A model generated the notes under the pieces. The model saw only the letters and a list, made by a program, of their open reading frames with translations. It ran no database searches and had not been told where the DNA came from. From Macrostomum hystrix (Eukaryota; Animalia; Platyhelminthes), in NCBI GenBank assembly GCA_950097015.1, contig CATNEN010000001.1, positions 16,492,001-16,556,000 on the forward strand: a DNA stretch of 64,000 bases, in the 5' to 3' direction. Both the position numbers and the translations under genes were made by a program. How positions within the stretch are numbered: position 1 is the stretch's first letter; the number at the start of each line of letters is the position of its first letter. Shown in pieces: positions 23,183 through 35,990 of this stretch.

Positions 23183-24102
23183 GAGTGGGAGTTAACTCAT
23201 CGGGGTCAGAATTTACCCTAGACGTAGGTAAGGAATTAGTGGACGAGGGCAACGTTCTCGATTGGGGATCACAAGGGTGGCTGGCTGCAGGGATGGTGGT
23301 TCTGTTCGGGTGAATATTTCAAATAGTGGCTAGATGTGGGTAAGGTTTTAGAAGAAAAGGAAATCAGGTCGTGTCAACTTACGAATGCTAAAGGTCACTC
23401 GCGTGGCCTGTCGCGGGGCATGATCTCTGAAAATTAGGTGGGCAGGAAACTTATGAGTTATTGATAGCGGCGACCGCCAGCAGGTATTAGCTATGAAATT
23501 AAAATCCAATCTAACATTAATTAAAACTGCTAACAGGGTTTCTTTAGTTAACAGTGGGCGAGGGCATCTGGGCCCGGGTAGAAATAGATTATAGACAGGG
23601 ACAAGCGGGGTGTGCCAGGGATCACGATTAATGTTTATTCCAATTACTATTCACCCACTCTCGTAATAATACTTAATAACCGGCCTTGGGGGGCCGAGTA
23701 GAAGCAAAATAACTCGCCTTTCTTTGCCAGGCAGCGGCTGGGCCATGCTCGCAGCATCAACTAGCGGTGCAGACGGCTGGGTGGTAGACTTCATACCGAA
23801 TAGTAATAATGTCGGAAATTGTTGCAAATAGGAAAGATCAGGTTGTCGGAAGTTAGCAGCTTGAGTTTAATGGGGCGTCAAGTGTTTGTTTTTATAGCAC
23901 CTAAGTTAGGGGTAAAGTGGCGGAAGCGCCAGCCAATAGGAAGACAGTTGGGAATGTGGGAAATTCCAGCATAGGGGGACCCTAGTAACAGCTTAGTTGT
24001 TGGGGCCCTGACCTTTACGGTGAGGAGACACCGCGGCCGGCAACCGCATCACAAAGCGGCCTGAGCAGCGGTTTCTCCAGCTGCAACCAGCTGCAGCGCC
24101 GA

Positions 24103-25143
24103 TTGGACCGCGCGCAACGGCTAGGCAACCGGCCCGGCGAGCAAATTCTCGGGCACGGCCAGCCGGAAACACCTGGGCGCGCGGCAAATCACCTGGAGAG
24201 AGCACGGCCGGACCCCTCGGACTCAAGGAAAGACGGCCGGGGCCCCCAGGATTCCTTCGTCTTATCAAAAGGGGTCGATAGCCACGATCGTCTGTTGGCT
24301 CGAGCAATAAACAGCTCTGCGTCCACCGGCCAGGTGCTGCGTGTTTTGTCATCCAGCCAGAACTCTGCGGCCACCGGCCAGGCGCTGCGTGTTTTCTCAT
24401 CCAGCCAGAACTCTGCGGCCACCGGCCAGGCGCTGCGTGTTTTCTCATCTAGCCAGAACTCTGCTGCCACCGGCCAGGCGCTGCGTGTTTTCTCATGCAG
24501 CCAGAACTATGCTGCCACCGGCCAGGCGCTGCATGTTTTGTCATCCAGCCAAAACTCTGCTGCCACCAGCCGAGCTGTTACCGAGCTGCACAAGCTGATT
24601 GAGACATTAATGGAGAAGGCAGCGGAATTAATGGCCACAGAGCCGGATAGTCCAACAATTGCTTTGGCACTAGGAGCAGCATTTTCCTTTTTCGAGTCAG
24701 ATGGCAATGCCAGCCGACCAGACGTTGTGGACAACGCGACAATTGCCGAAGCTAGGTGGTGGCTGGACAATCAGGACGAGGAGTTTTGTGTTAGCAAGCA
24801 CAAAACAGTGCACATCTATGATGCTGTGCGAGTCGGCGTGGAAAGTTTTCGAAGCATCCTTGTGCAATATTGTGAGAAAAGAGTTTAGGAAGCGAAATCT
24901 GACGAGGAGTGCTTGTTTAAAACCAAGAGTTGCTGGACGACAATGTGGATGCGCCAGCGAGCCCTGGTACCTAAAGTGCGTAGAATTACCAACTCGGCTT
25001 ATCGCAAATACATTGAGACTTGGAGCAAGCTACAACTTGACACAGAGGCACAGAAAGCTGTTTCGAAGTGACTCGTGCATCGCGAAAATGTTGCGAGACA
25101 GTCATATCAGGCAACTGTTGCTACCAAATCATTTGCTGCATGA
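24103..25143 (+). pseudogene. Decayed tyrosine recombinase (Crypton/Polinton-associated KHKT type) preceded by 48-bp repeats
   Basis: Reading through stops at 24886 and 25072 in one frame gives NASRPDVVDNATIAE (R), VSKHKTVHIYD (K), ITNSAYRKYIET (xxxR), LVHRENVARQSY (H, Y) in the correct order. Confidence 0.75.
24305..24570 (+). repeat. 48-bp coding tandem repeat (SSSQNSAATGQALRVF, ~5 copies)
   Basis: Direct inspection. Confidence 0.93.
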
Positions 25144-25604
25144 TTTTCCATTTGTGGAATGCTCTCAACTATTGTTGATCCGAATAAAGCCGGTGACCCG
25201 GCTGAGTTTGTAAAGCAAGGTTCTGCGGACAAATCTGCCTTGCCTGGCAAGCGATTATTGTTGCCACTTACTACAAGTTTTAAACACGAGTCGAGTCAGA
25301 GTCAAAAAGGATTAAGATGAGATCAACGAGCAAAGGACCAAAAAGTACCAATGAGCAAAGGAGCAAGACCAAAAGGACAAACAAGGCTGCCAAGAGACCA
25401 ACAAGACGAACAATTGTTACCAACAAGGCTTCAAGGACCACTGACAATGAGAACAAAGAAAATGCCTAAACTTGTGAAACATTTTCTCTGTCCAAAGGAT
25501 GTCACTTTTGTATGATGCAATTGGTGAATGCCTAGAAAAATTGGTTGCTGCCTAAAATGTACTCAAAATTGTATTGTCATCTTATTCGTTACTATTCTTT
25601 TGAG

Positions 25605-25755
25605 GCATAAAGTTACAGGAGGTCATATATTTACACCTTTCTGCTAGGCATTGTAGAACAAAAGAATGCAAAGTTACAGGAGGTCATATATTTACACCTT
25701 TCTGCTAGGCATTGTAGAACAAAAGAATGCATAAAGTTACAGGTCATATATTTTT
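25605..25755. repeat. ~61-bp tandem repeat (2.4 copies)
   Basis: aaagttacaggaggtcatatatttacacctttctgctaggcattgtagaacaaaagaatgc is repeated. Confidence 0.9.
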
Positions 25756-26679
25756 ACTTGTTAATTGCTAGAAAGAAAATGGTCAACATAATTTGTACTT
25801 TTATTAGTTACTCAATGTCCAGTTTGTATGATTGTATCTATGATCATGAGATTTTCATGACTCCATCAATTTATTGTTTTCAGTTTGCTTTCAAGCTGAA
25901 TTTGTCATTTTTACCTATAGTTCAAATTATCTCTTCTTGCTAATAGTTTACTATCAATACAATTAACATAATTGATGTTTGGATGGTTATTATTTGTCGG
26001 GCTGCATTGTTCTGCAAAATTATTCTTATTATTTTTCTCGGCCTAGGTACATGGATGCCAAGGTTGTGTCGGCCCTTACTGTACGTTCTTTCCGCGTGCG
26101 CCAGCCACCCCATTTTTTTTATAGTATATCAAGCGCTGCTGGATGTTCAATAAGATTAAAGGTGTTGTGTTTTTTGTTTGTTTGTTTTTCAATTAAAGAT
26201 TGCCTGCGCGAGATCGCAGCATTGACTGCAGGCTTTACGGAGGCCTGACCTAGTGTTAGAACAAAAAAGTTGATATTTTTGTTTCCTTCCGGTTCTCTTG
26301 TCTTTGACTGAAAAACAATTGATGCCGATCACTAAAAAGTAATCAATTAAATTAATAAAATACACCATTATGGACTCCTTGATAAAACTACATGTAATTT
26401 GCTTTGTTTTGACATAAATTTTAATGGGAATAATCTGTTCATGAGCTTTTTTTCACAGATCCTTACATCAATAGTGTCAATAGAAAATGCTACATTAACT
26501 ATAATACTGGAAACTTCTTGCAAAAACTTCAGTTTACAATTAATTGTTATACAATTTGCATTTTAGCTTGTACTGGAAAGTTTGTTTTTGCTAAAAAAAT
26601 AATATTTTGGATCAGTAACTTTTTATGCCCTATAATTTTATGCAAACCTGTTGCCAAAAAGGCCCCTATCCCTTTCTTG

Positions 26680-27586
26680 CAACTGCGGCCACGGGAGTGA
26701 GAGTGATGATCTAATAATCTTTTGCTTGCGTAATCACTCAGCCAGTGTTCTGCTTAATATTTCCAGCCTCTGATCTTCTTAACTCACACAGATTTGGATT
26801 TGTTGATTACTTAATTTGTGTAGGCTGTAGTCTAATGTATAGAATGTGTCTGATGTCTTATGAGTAGGATTCCAGCTATGGATTCTCATTCAAGTTCTTA
26901 GTACCACCTTTCTAGACTCCTGTAGTGCAAATTCAGGAATCCTCTTTTGAGGTATGTCTTGATCCATTCTGGGGCTCTCACCCCAGTCTAAAACGGAAGT
27001 TGCAGCAATGCCCTATTTTTGGCTTGTCTAGATTTGTGTGATAAACTAGGAGCTATGTACTCTGAGGACCCAAGTTCCCCAATGTCTGCAGTGACAACGT
27101 AGGTGCATTGGGTGGTGGCTCTACCCTAGATCATCTATCTGCTTTACCGATAGCTTTTCCACATTTCTATGACAAGAGCCTAGGCCAAATCGACCACCAC
27201 TACCAAGGTTAGGAGTCAGTTGCACACATACTACTGATGACAGCAGGCTATCTAGCCCTGTCCGGTCCGATTCCGGATAGTCTGACACCTCTCTTTTAGA
27301 CCTTTTGCCGGTTTTGAGCATAGCTAGTAGGCACGGCAGTCATGCCTGTGGCCTATGGGACGAGTGGGACTGGCCAGGCCAGCCTGAGGCAAATAGGACC
27401 ACCCTCTGCAGCCATTGAACCTCCTCATCTCTCCCTTTATCTCCTCACCCCTCCCTTCATCCCTGCTTTCTCTCCGCAACATCCTGCAAGCAGCCAGGTG
27501 GATGGTTCATTGATTCTAACACCCGCCTCTAGGCTTCTATCTCTCATGGGGGCAGTTCAGTGGTTTCAAAACTCCCAACCATTTCA
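26680..27586 (+). mobile_element. 5'-truncated, CpG-depleted third copy of the long LTR family
   Basis: Homologous to ~5948-6813; ends ...ccatttCA. Confidence 0.85.
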
Positions 27587-29329
27587 AGAAGACCCTAGGG
27601 CTATTCATAATAGCCTAAAAATATTACTGATTCTAGGACTATATTTTATATTAACTTCTATATAAATATTACTTTGCATCCTTCTGGTCAAAATAAATGT
27701 GCACAGATGCATCATTTAGGGAGTAAATATAAAATACCAAAAAATTAAACTAAACTTACCATGATGTACTGCAACAGTGCAAGTCATGAGTAAATCTGAT
27801 TCAGCATATGTAGCTTTATTTTTCCCAAAGCAAACAATTGTGACGAATTACTTTGCCTTTACCGATGACTCATTCAAATTATAACTGGAGCTCGTTTATT
27901 AGCAATCCGGGATTAATTATGACAGAATAATAGTAGGCCTATAGCCCCGTCGAGGCTATAAATGGGCTGGCGAACACACTAAAAGCAGTAACTATGGTAC
28001 TGGCGAATGCGTATTGGCCGGTAAAAACAAGTGGGTCAGATATTACGGGCCCGCGGACAGAGGAGCAGACAGTGGAGAAGTAAGAGGGGTGGGCGAGCAA
28101 GGCGCGGGCGAGCAGAGAGAAGGCAGTGGAGGATAATTTAGCACGAGGCGCGCGGCGCAATTGAAAGTTGCGACGGAAAGCACGACAACGATAACGATTG
28201 TCGTTAGACAAAATAATTCCGGCGAGTCATGTTCGCCGGAATTTGATGATGTTCAGAAATGTACGAGTACGTCATACCCGAAATGAGGTATCAAACTTTA
28301 GAGTTTCATTTGAGTGCCATCTTCTGTCGGCCATTTAAAGTTATTCACTCACGACGATCAGTCACGACACAACTCGCGTAATATAAAAAATCTTTAGAAG
28401 TAAATGTATTTAATGTTTTGGTACGCAAAAATATCGCTTAATAGTGCATTATTTTTTCGGCAGCTTGATTTTAAGACAGCCAAAAAAATAATTGCAGATA
28501 TCTAAATTTGAATACTTTGAAAATAATTATACCGTACGAAGTGTAATACCTTCCCGAGTGATATCCAAATCGGCTAAGTATTACCCATGGCCAATGGTTT
28601 ACTATTTGGGGTGAAAAAAAGCTGCTTGGGAGTCGACTGGATTTCTCCCTGAACGGTATTTTAATTTTTTATTCTAACGCTTCAGCATTTTTACTTGCCT
28701 AAATGCGTCTCTGTTTGCTGCATCCAGATTGCGTTTTTCTGAGTTTTTGGCGGCCGCGACAGGTACATCATCTGTTTTGTATGGTCCATTGTATTCTTGG
28801 CTAGCAGCTTCACACAAAAGAAAGAAAACCGATAGATAAGGTGTAAGTGTAACAAACGAAACCAAGCTGAACAAAGAGTTATTTGCTGCTCCAAGCTAAA
28901 GTGACAAATCAAACAGAATAGTCCACACAGATGACAATGAGCCCAAAGCAGACTCTTGAAGATTGGAATAACAATACGTTGTCGGTTATAATTTATAAGG
29001 CCTACTCGTTATCCTTAAAACAGCATCGAAGCCGCTGCACTAGAACGCAGCTCGAGCCATTTATCTTTGTAGAGAGGCGCTGAGTATTCTTCTCACCTTA
29101 GAGCTTCCAGCTGTTACTGCCTTATTAGTTTAACCCCCTACTGGCTTGTTGACAAAATGGGCCTGAAAAGTTTGCACCTTAGTGAGCCGGATTCTGTTCT
29201 GTAACTAGCCCGTATTCTGTTCCAATCAGACAACGGTGGGTTTTTTATCCTTATAATTATCCCTATTTTAACAGCTCATATGAGCTTTGGTACTCTTGCT
29301 GGCTAAATTAGTGCTTTATTGTTAACGAG

Positions 29330-30700
29330 AATTGGACCGAGTCGCTCGCCATGCAGCTGGCCAAGAACTCCCTCTAGTTCGTAAATCGCGCTGACCAGAC
29401 TTGTATCTGAGAAGCCTGTTTACATGCGAGTAGCCTGGCTGCTGTCTTTTGTCACACTGCTAGCCCTGTTTCTGAAAGGATTCAGCGAGTTCGCCCTCAA
29501 ACTGCAGTTGAATCAGCCAACTAGGACGCTGGAAGTCAATAGCGAGACCTTCATTTTTCCCGATGTTTGTATGAGCTTCGAGAATACAATTTCCGGCAGC
29601 TACTCAGCAGATATCGACGTGGCTTCAGTCGAAATGATAACACTGAGTTAAATAAAACATGCAAGGTAATTCGGGCTTACATCAATGGCCTGAACAAGAC
29701 AGGAGCTGCGGCTGAAAAAATCGAGATGGACAACAGCTTCTTGTACCCACAGTCGCTGCACTACAATCTACTGATCGATGCCCTTGCGCACAGACCCGAG
29801 CAGTCGGTTGTCACGAGCCAGCTAAAGTACGTCAGCGACTACGGAACGACAGAGTACGCGGACCTCCAGCCCGAGGTCTTCTACCACCCGGCTCTGCTGC
29901 GCTGCCTGAAATGGTCCCTGAACAGTTACATGCAGCAGCGGATCGTGCAAGCCGGCAAACTTTCTGGAATCATCGCCCGAATTCTAATCGATCAGAACTT
30001 CTCAAAACTTATCCCACGACCAGTCTAATTCAGCAGAAAACGTTTGAACAGGGTGCACCAATACAGGTCTCAGAATGGTCTCTGGACAATGCGCCTGGCC
30101 CCGACCAGAGCTCGGGTGCTCGCGTGTTCTAAACCCCGCCCGGACACTATCCCTCGGACTTCGTGACGTCATTCTCGCTGGGCCCAGGAAAGTACCACTC
30201 GGTTGAGATCGGCATGGCGGAGTACAAAGCTGGCGAGTTCATCTGTGTAAAGGATCCTCCGCCGGTGCAGTTCGTGAACCCTACAGTCAGACCCCCTACA
30301 ATTTCAGCTACAGCTACTCCTACTGCTTCTACTATGAGTATCACAGGCCATTTCAAATGTGCACAAACATGTCCGGCGATATCAAACCACTGCCATGGCC
30401 ACCGAAAGGCTTTAGATATGCAACTAATTTAACAGGACAGCCGAACTTTTTTACACTGATTTCTTCGAATATCTCGTTTGGAGATGACTGGAGAGATCAA
30501 TAAAATTCAGGTGAGCGCGACCAGGGCATGCGAGTCCAAGCAGCTGTGCCGCGATCATGAGTACTATGTGAGCATCTCCAGCACTGACTGGCCATCCCAG
30601 AGCTCGCTTGATCCATTCTTGAGAAGCTTCGTAAACCAGTCCGATGACGGCCAGGAAGTCCCTCAGGGCGAGGCTCCGTCGGGTCCGGAATGAACGAATG
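29330..30700 (+). pseudogene. DEG/ENaC (ASIC-like) channel copy A, intronless, frameshifted and lacking TM2
   Basis: Paralogous to 31152-32776 (TM1 TLLALFLKGFSEF, FPDVC, SFSLGPGKYHSVEIG, EYYVSISSTDWPS). Confidence 0.7.
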
Positions 30701-31151
30701 AAGAATGCGCTCATTTGGGGACCTCCCACTTTCCCTACTCTAAAGTCAACATTTTTCAGCTAGAAAGTTCAGAAATGTTTTCAATAATAGTGAGCATACA
30801 CCTTTATGGATTGGAAAAATTCAACGTGTAGTGTCGTGTTCTATCCAAATTAGAAGATAAAGTTTGCTTAACTTAATCCCCGGGTTAGACTTTCATTCAG
30901 ACATTCATTCGCCCTGAGCAAACAGTCGACATTGGGCTTTTTACTGTTTCAAATGGTCAGAATTTCTGATAATCTAATTGGATGATTAGCTTAGCCGCTG
31001 TAATGAGCCCATGTTTGTCCAGACTGAGTCAACAATGAGCAATCAAGGGCAATGTGCTCTGAGCCGGCTGTGTACTAAGGATTGAATGTAACTCAGTATT
31101 TCAAACTTTATACAAAACCTTAGCAACAATGGGAACATAAATTCAGATAGA

Positions 31152-32776
31152 ATGCAGCTCCTAAAAGCGGCACTGGAATCTACAACCTCCCATGGCCTGC
31201 CCAGAATAGCCACTAGCTCGCCGATTTACGAGCGCAAGTCGAGTCGCCTGGCTTCTCGTCTACTTATTGATGCTGGCTCTTTTCTTGAAAGGCTTCATCG
31301 AGTTTGCTGGGAAACTGCAGTCCAGGCAGGTCACAACGTCTCTGGAGGCCAGCCAGGTCTCCTTCGAACTGCCAGACGTTTATGCGTGCTTGGAGAATCC
31401 TATCTCTGCCAGCTACTCCAGCCAACTTTCATACGAGGCCATCGGAAAAATGAGCTCATTGTTTAATGCTGTAGTCATAAAGTTGTACAAATCAGCAAAA
31501 GCGATTGGCCTTGATGAGGCTGAAAGTTTGCGGATTACAAGTGGTCTAACTGCTCTGCTGCCACAGTCGCTCCCTTACAGGTTGATGCGCTGGCGCACAG
31601 GGCTGAGCAGACTGTCATCGAGAGCGCAGCTGCCTTCGAATCCGACAGCGGCCTGCCCGGCACTCAGGCAGTTTCCTGGACCAACTTCTACGATGCCACA
31701 TTTCTGCGATGCTTGAAATGGAACCTGAGCAGCGACCTGCAGCAGAAGATTTTGCAAGGCGGCTCCGCCTCTCGCCTCGTTTTGACACTTCTGACGGACT
31801 CAACATTCCCTGCTAGCAGCCTGAAAACTGGCCTACTTATTCAAGGTATTCCTATATTTCCGTGTCCGACTGGCCTCTGTCCGTACTCAGCATGTTCAGC
31901 GCCGACAGACGGGCCGGAGTTCGCGTCTTTCTTACTCCGCCAGGAGAATTTCCGACGGATTTTTCGACTTCGTTTTCGCTGGGTCCCGGAAAGTATCACA
32001 CAGTGGAGATCGGCATGGCGCAGAAGGTGTACAAAGCCGGCCAATTCGACTGCTTGAGCGACGCACTGGCTGTTCAGTTCGTGAACCCTTACTAACACCG
32101 TAAACCAGACATACAGCTTCTCCTACTGTTACTACTACGAGTACCATAGGCAGTGCCAGTCTGTAATTAATACTTCTGGCAGCCCAAGCCCACTGCCATG
32201 GCCACTGCGAAGCATGGATTTTTCGTTCAACCTTTCCACTTTGTCAGTTGCCGATCTGTCTCGAAACGATTCCGCTCTTACTAGTACTCCGAAGATAAAT
32301 TCCATTGAGATTGAAGCTCAGAAACTGCAAGCAAAGGCAGCCTTGCAGCGCAATGGAATACTCTGTAAGCATCTCCAGTGCCGACTGGCCAACGCCAAGC
32401 TCACTAATTCCATTTCTGAGCAGCTCAGTCAGCAAAGCTCAGCAGATTGCGCAAGCTCAGAACCTGAGTGTCCCGGCCCTGGACTATCTGCTAAGGAACA
32501 CTTCACCGAACAGAGTATTGTCCACTCCGAAACGTGAGCAAAAACATGTTTAAAGTGCACTTCAAGCCACACAGAGTGCTCTGCGATCGGGTTACATTTT
32601 CGATGGACTATACCTTCTCAAATTTCATTTCCGACATTGGCGGCATCATGGGAATCTACCTGGGCATGTCCCTGCTAACTCTGTGCGAGCTGTTCGAGCT
32701 AATCCATGACATCGTTTTCCCGACTAGCAGCAGGACTAGACAGTCAACGAAAATAGCTGACAAGAGTGACGCCTAG
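31152..32776 (+). pseudogene. DEG/ENaC (ASIC-like) channel copy B, intronless, several frameshifts
   Basis: N-terminal ESTTSHGLPRI (HG motif), TM1, and pre-TM2/TM2 YTFSNFISDIGGIMGIYLGMSLLTLCELFELI. Confidence 0.85.
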
Positions 32777-33499
32777 ATGAAGTTCTGGCAGTTCAGACTG
32801 GCAACTGACTCGAACTTGCTGTGAACACTTCAATTCCAGATGCTTTCGCTATCCAGTTATTTTCTATGCTATGAACAAAACGGTCTGTTTAGTCGAATAC
32901 AATCTACCATCCAAAATTTAGGCGCATCATTTGTTCAAATGATCAACCCGTAGCAAGTGAGGAGGCCATTCCGCTGAGTCCTGCTCACACGCACACAGAT
33001 ACGGTACACAGCCGCAACAGGTGAATGCATGTGGCAGAGTACACTCACACTGTGCCGATGAAGATTCGCTCATATCTCCAAATGAATGTGGGCTCATCGC
33101 GGATTCGAACTCAGGGACCTTTTGTTAGAGTCAGACAGCTTTTACCAGCAATTCATTGCATTATTTGGAGGGACATAAATCGTTTAACTTCGCATAAAAT
33201 ATACGAGCAATTTTAATATCGCCGATTAAAAAATTATAATTCTTCTATTATTTTTCTATCAGTATCGTGTCTCTACAGACTTTTTGTTTACGTTAGTAAG
33301 ACCACTGAGGTGGGGGTATTTCAAATACCATCGGATCCTGAATTTTCATAGCGATTGGTTAAATAGGCTCGTATTTTAGGAGAGACAGGAAAAGGGAAAT
33401 GTGGATATTTGAAATACCCTGTGGTCTCTCTATTGCTCATGCAGATGATTGAGTACGCAATTGACGCATGCTCTTGCCTTCCAACTAAAGGAGAATTCC

Positions 33500-33735
33500 T
33501 CGTCTGCATAGCGGTTAGAGCATCAACTCACGACTTCAAGGTCAGGCATTCGAGTCTCGACTCTACTGGAACAATTTGTGTCCTTTAGCAAGATACTCTA
33601 GATTGCTTCTATTCACCTATCTGTAAAATGGGTACCATCATTAGCTGGGGTAATTAAGGGTGGGTGTGGCTTCCTCCCAGTCCATGGACACGGACTGACC
33701 GCGCAATAGCTGCGGCTTGGCTTTCGACTGTGCAT
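33500..33735 (+). mobile_element. tRNA-derived SINE, diverged copy
   Basis: Similar to 58525-58830. Confidence 0.75.
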
Positions 33736-34105
33736 GTTGTTCAAGTTGTTTCGTTGTAACAAAAAAATTTTTTTTCGTGTTCTTTGAAAAGATAGTAAAT
33801 TGAGTACTATTGCTTACCACTGAGCACACACATTAAGTTGTACATCTGTCCTGACCTTCTAATTGGAAGACAGTGTGAACAGTCGTTTGTGCCACGCGTG
33901 TTGGCCCTCCTTTAAGTGAATAGAAACATTTCCTAATATACCTGTAAGTCCATCTCGCATTCGTTTGCTGGGCTGCGAGAGAATCATTCGATGACCGAAC
34001 TCGTCAGTACTCAACCATCAGCCTTGTAACTACAGTTTCTAAAGTTTTTGCTACTTTTATGAGTAAATGTTCTCTAACTGCATGGCCATGTACTTTATAG
34101 TTGAC

Positions 34106-34307
34106 AACTCTTGTCCGGGAATGAAGGCTGGACTTTTATTAGAATGTAATGAATGTAATTAGGAATAAGGTCACTATGAGCTTTACACAAATGTTTGCAT
34201 TGACACCCTTGTCCGGGAATGAAGGCTGGACTTTTATTAGAATGTAATCAATGTAATTAGGAATGAGGTCACTCTGAGCTTTACACAAATGTTTGCATTG
34301 ACACCCT
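34106..34307. repeat. ~99-bp tandem duplication
   Basis: cttgtccgggaatgaaggctggacttttattagaatg...gcattgacaccct is present twice. Confidence 0.9.
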
Positions 34308-34617
34308 CAAACTTGTAGCTGTATGGTGTCATGGACAAATCAATAGACAAAGCATTGGTCAGATGTTTCTCAGTAGCTATGACACCTAATTGGAGGCGCA
34401 GGTCGAGCTGAAGTTGGGGGCTTCGTGCTTTGACAACCTCGAGATAAATTGTATATAATGCTCGTGGTATTTAAATGTCTTTTGACCCGTCAATGAAGCT
34501 CAAGCGGTGCGTCTAACATTGAAGAAAAAAACAGGACAAAATCTTTTCGATTGACGGAGCAAAAATATCAAATTTGAACTTCAAACTATAATTCTGAAAG
34601 CTCGTAAAATGCGGGAA

Positions 34618-34802
34618 AGGAGGTTGAAGCCTTGTGGTTGGTGCGTCGGAATCACGACTTGGAGGTCGTGGGTTCGATTCCCGACTCCACTCGGTACGAG
34701 CATCAGCGTCCCCCCGAGTACATGGACTGAACCCAGTCCGCAGAAGCGCCGTGCAAAAGCTGCGGCTGTGCTGTCGGCTGCACATCTGGCCCAATTGGGG
34801 CC
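34618..34802 (+). mobile_element. tRNA-derived SINE (internally deleted) interrupted near its 3' end by the Gypsy element
   Basis: B-box GGTTCGATTCC; 3' gctgcggctgtgctgtcggctgcacatctggcccaattgggg. Confidence 0.8.
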
Positions 34803-35218
34803 TGTTAACCGAGACAAGCCAAGGCGAGAGATTGCGAGGTGTCGAAACCCTCAACGAGAGAAACAGGCGATAGCTATGCGATAGCCAATATATTGTAGCT
34901 CAATAACACACTGGAGTTGAGCAGCTCCAACCCCAGGACTAAAACCAGCCATGTACATGCACTAATAGATAAGCAATATAACGACAGCACGCGCACAGCT
35001 GGACTGAGAGTGAAAACACGTACATAGCCAGCCAATAACAACGCAACGCACAGTGAGGCCCGCCTAGCCCAGAGCCACGCAGAGTGAACAGTCTAACACT
35101 GCTCCCCGCAAAAAAACCCATAGACATAAGCGCAAAACACAAATGCAACAAACGTGAAAAGAGGAAATTAAAAGCAACTTAACAGTCCATTAAACAGTCC
35201 ATAGTCACAAAAATCACG

Positions 35219-35990
35219 TCACTTGTAGCAGACTGGCTGCCGAGGACGAAGCCCGTACGGCTCCCGGATCTCCGGGCTCCGGTCCCGGTTGGCACCTATG
35301 GCTGGAGACTCCAGGTCTGGAGGCAGGTCGACCACATCAAGTTTCACCGGAGCAGCACCGGTTTCAGAAGCCTCTGGTGGCCTCGGAGTCTCTGGCCGGC
35401 CGCTCCATTGGTTCGCGTGCGCCAGCCGCAAGCCACCGTCGGGCAGGTCAGCAGGAGCAACCAGCGCCGTGTTCAGGCCGTGCTGCACCACGAACTTGGC
35501 CGGAATCGGCGGGGTTCCGGGACGCATTCTCAGCCAGATCGAATCGCCCGCCTGCTCAGTCATCGTTAGTGGGTGGCGAAGCCGCCGGCCCCACATGAGG
35601 ACATCCGGGGACGCGGTGCGATTCCCGCTCGGCCTGCTGGTCCTGATCGTCAACAGCAGCTTCTGCAGGAAGTGGTCAAACGGCACCACCTTCGTCCACG
35701 CCTTGAGCCCGTCCTTGAGGATCCTCACCAGCCTTTCTGCCTGACCGTTGGAGGCGGGGTGATACGGCGGAGTGTGCAGCTCCCGGCATCCGATGCTCTC
35801 CAGCCACCGAGAAACTTTCTCCGACTTGAACTCGGGTGCGTTGTCAGACACCAGAGTTCGGGGCACTCCGTTCCTAGCGAAGACCGCTCTCAGAACACGC
35901 AGAACGCTGTCAGCCGATCGGTCCGGCACCTGAATCGCCTCAGGCCAGCCTGAGTAGGAGTCAGACAGCAGCAGGAGCAATCCAACACCA
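35219..35990 (-). CDS. Integrase catalytic core and C-terminus, frameshifted from the upstream polyprotein
   Basis: DSYSGWPEA, LVSDNAPEF, PYHPASNGQAERLV. Confidence 0.93.

Noticed and set aside
26680-27586. Interpretation as the true 3' LTR of the element whose 5' LTR ends at 6813
   Set aside because: Truncated, diverged, separated by unrelated YR sequence, and no TSD could be matched; left unresolved
28600-28630. ...aaaaaaagctgcttGGG as right end of another CMC element
   Set aside because: No matching left TIR in the window
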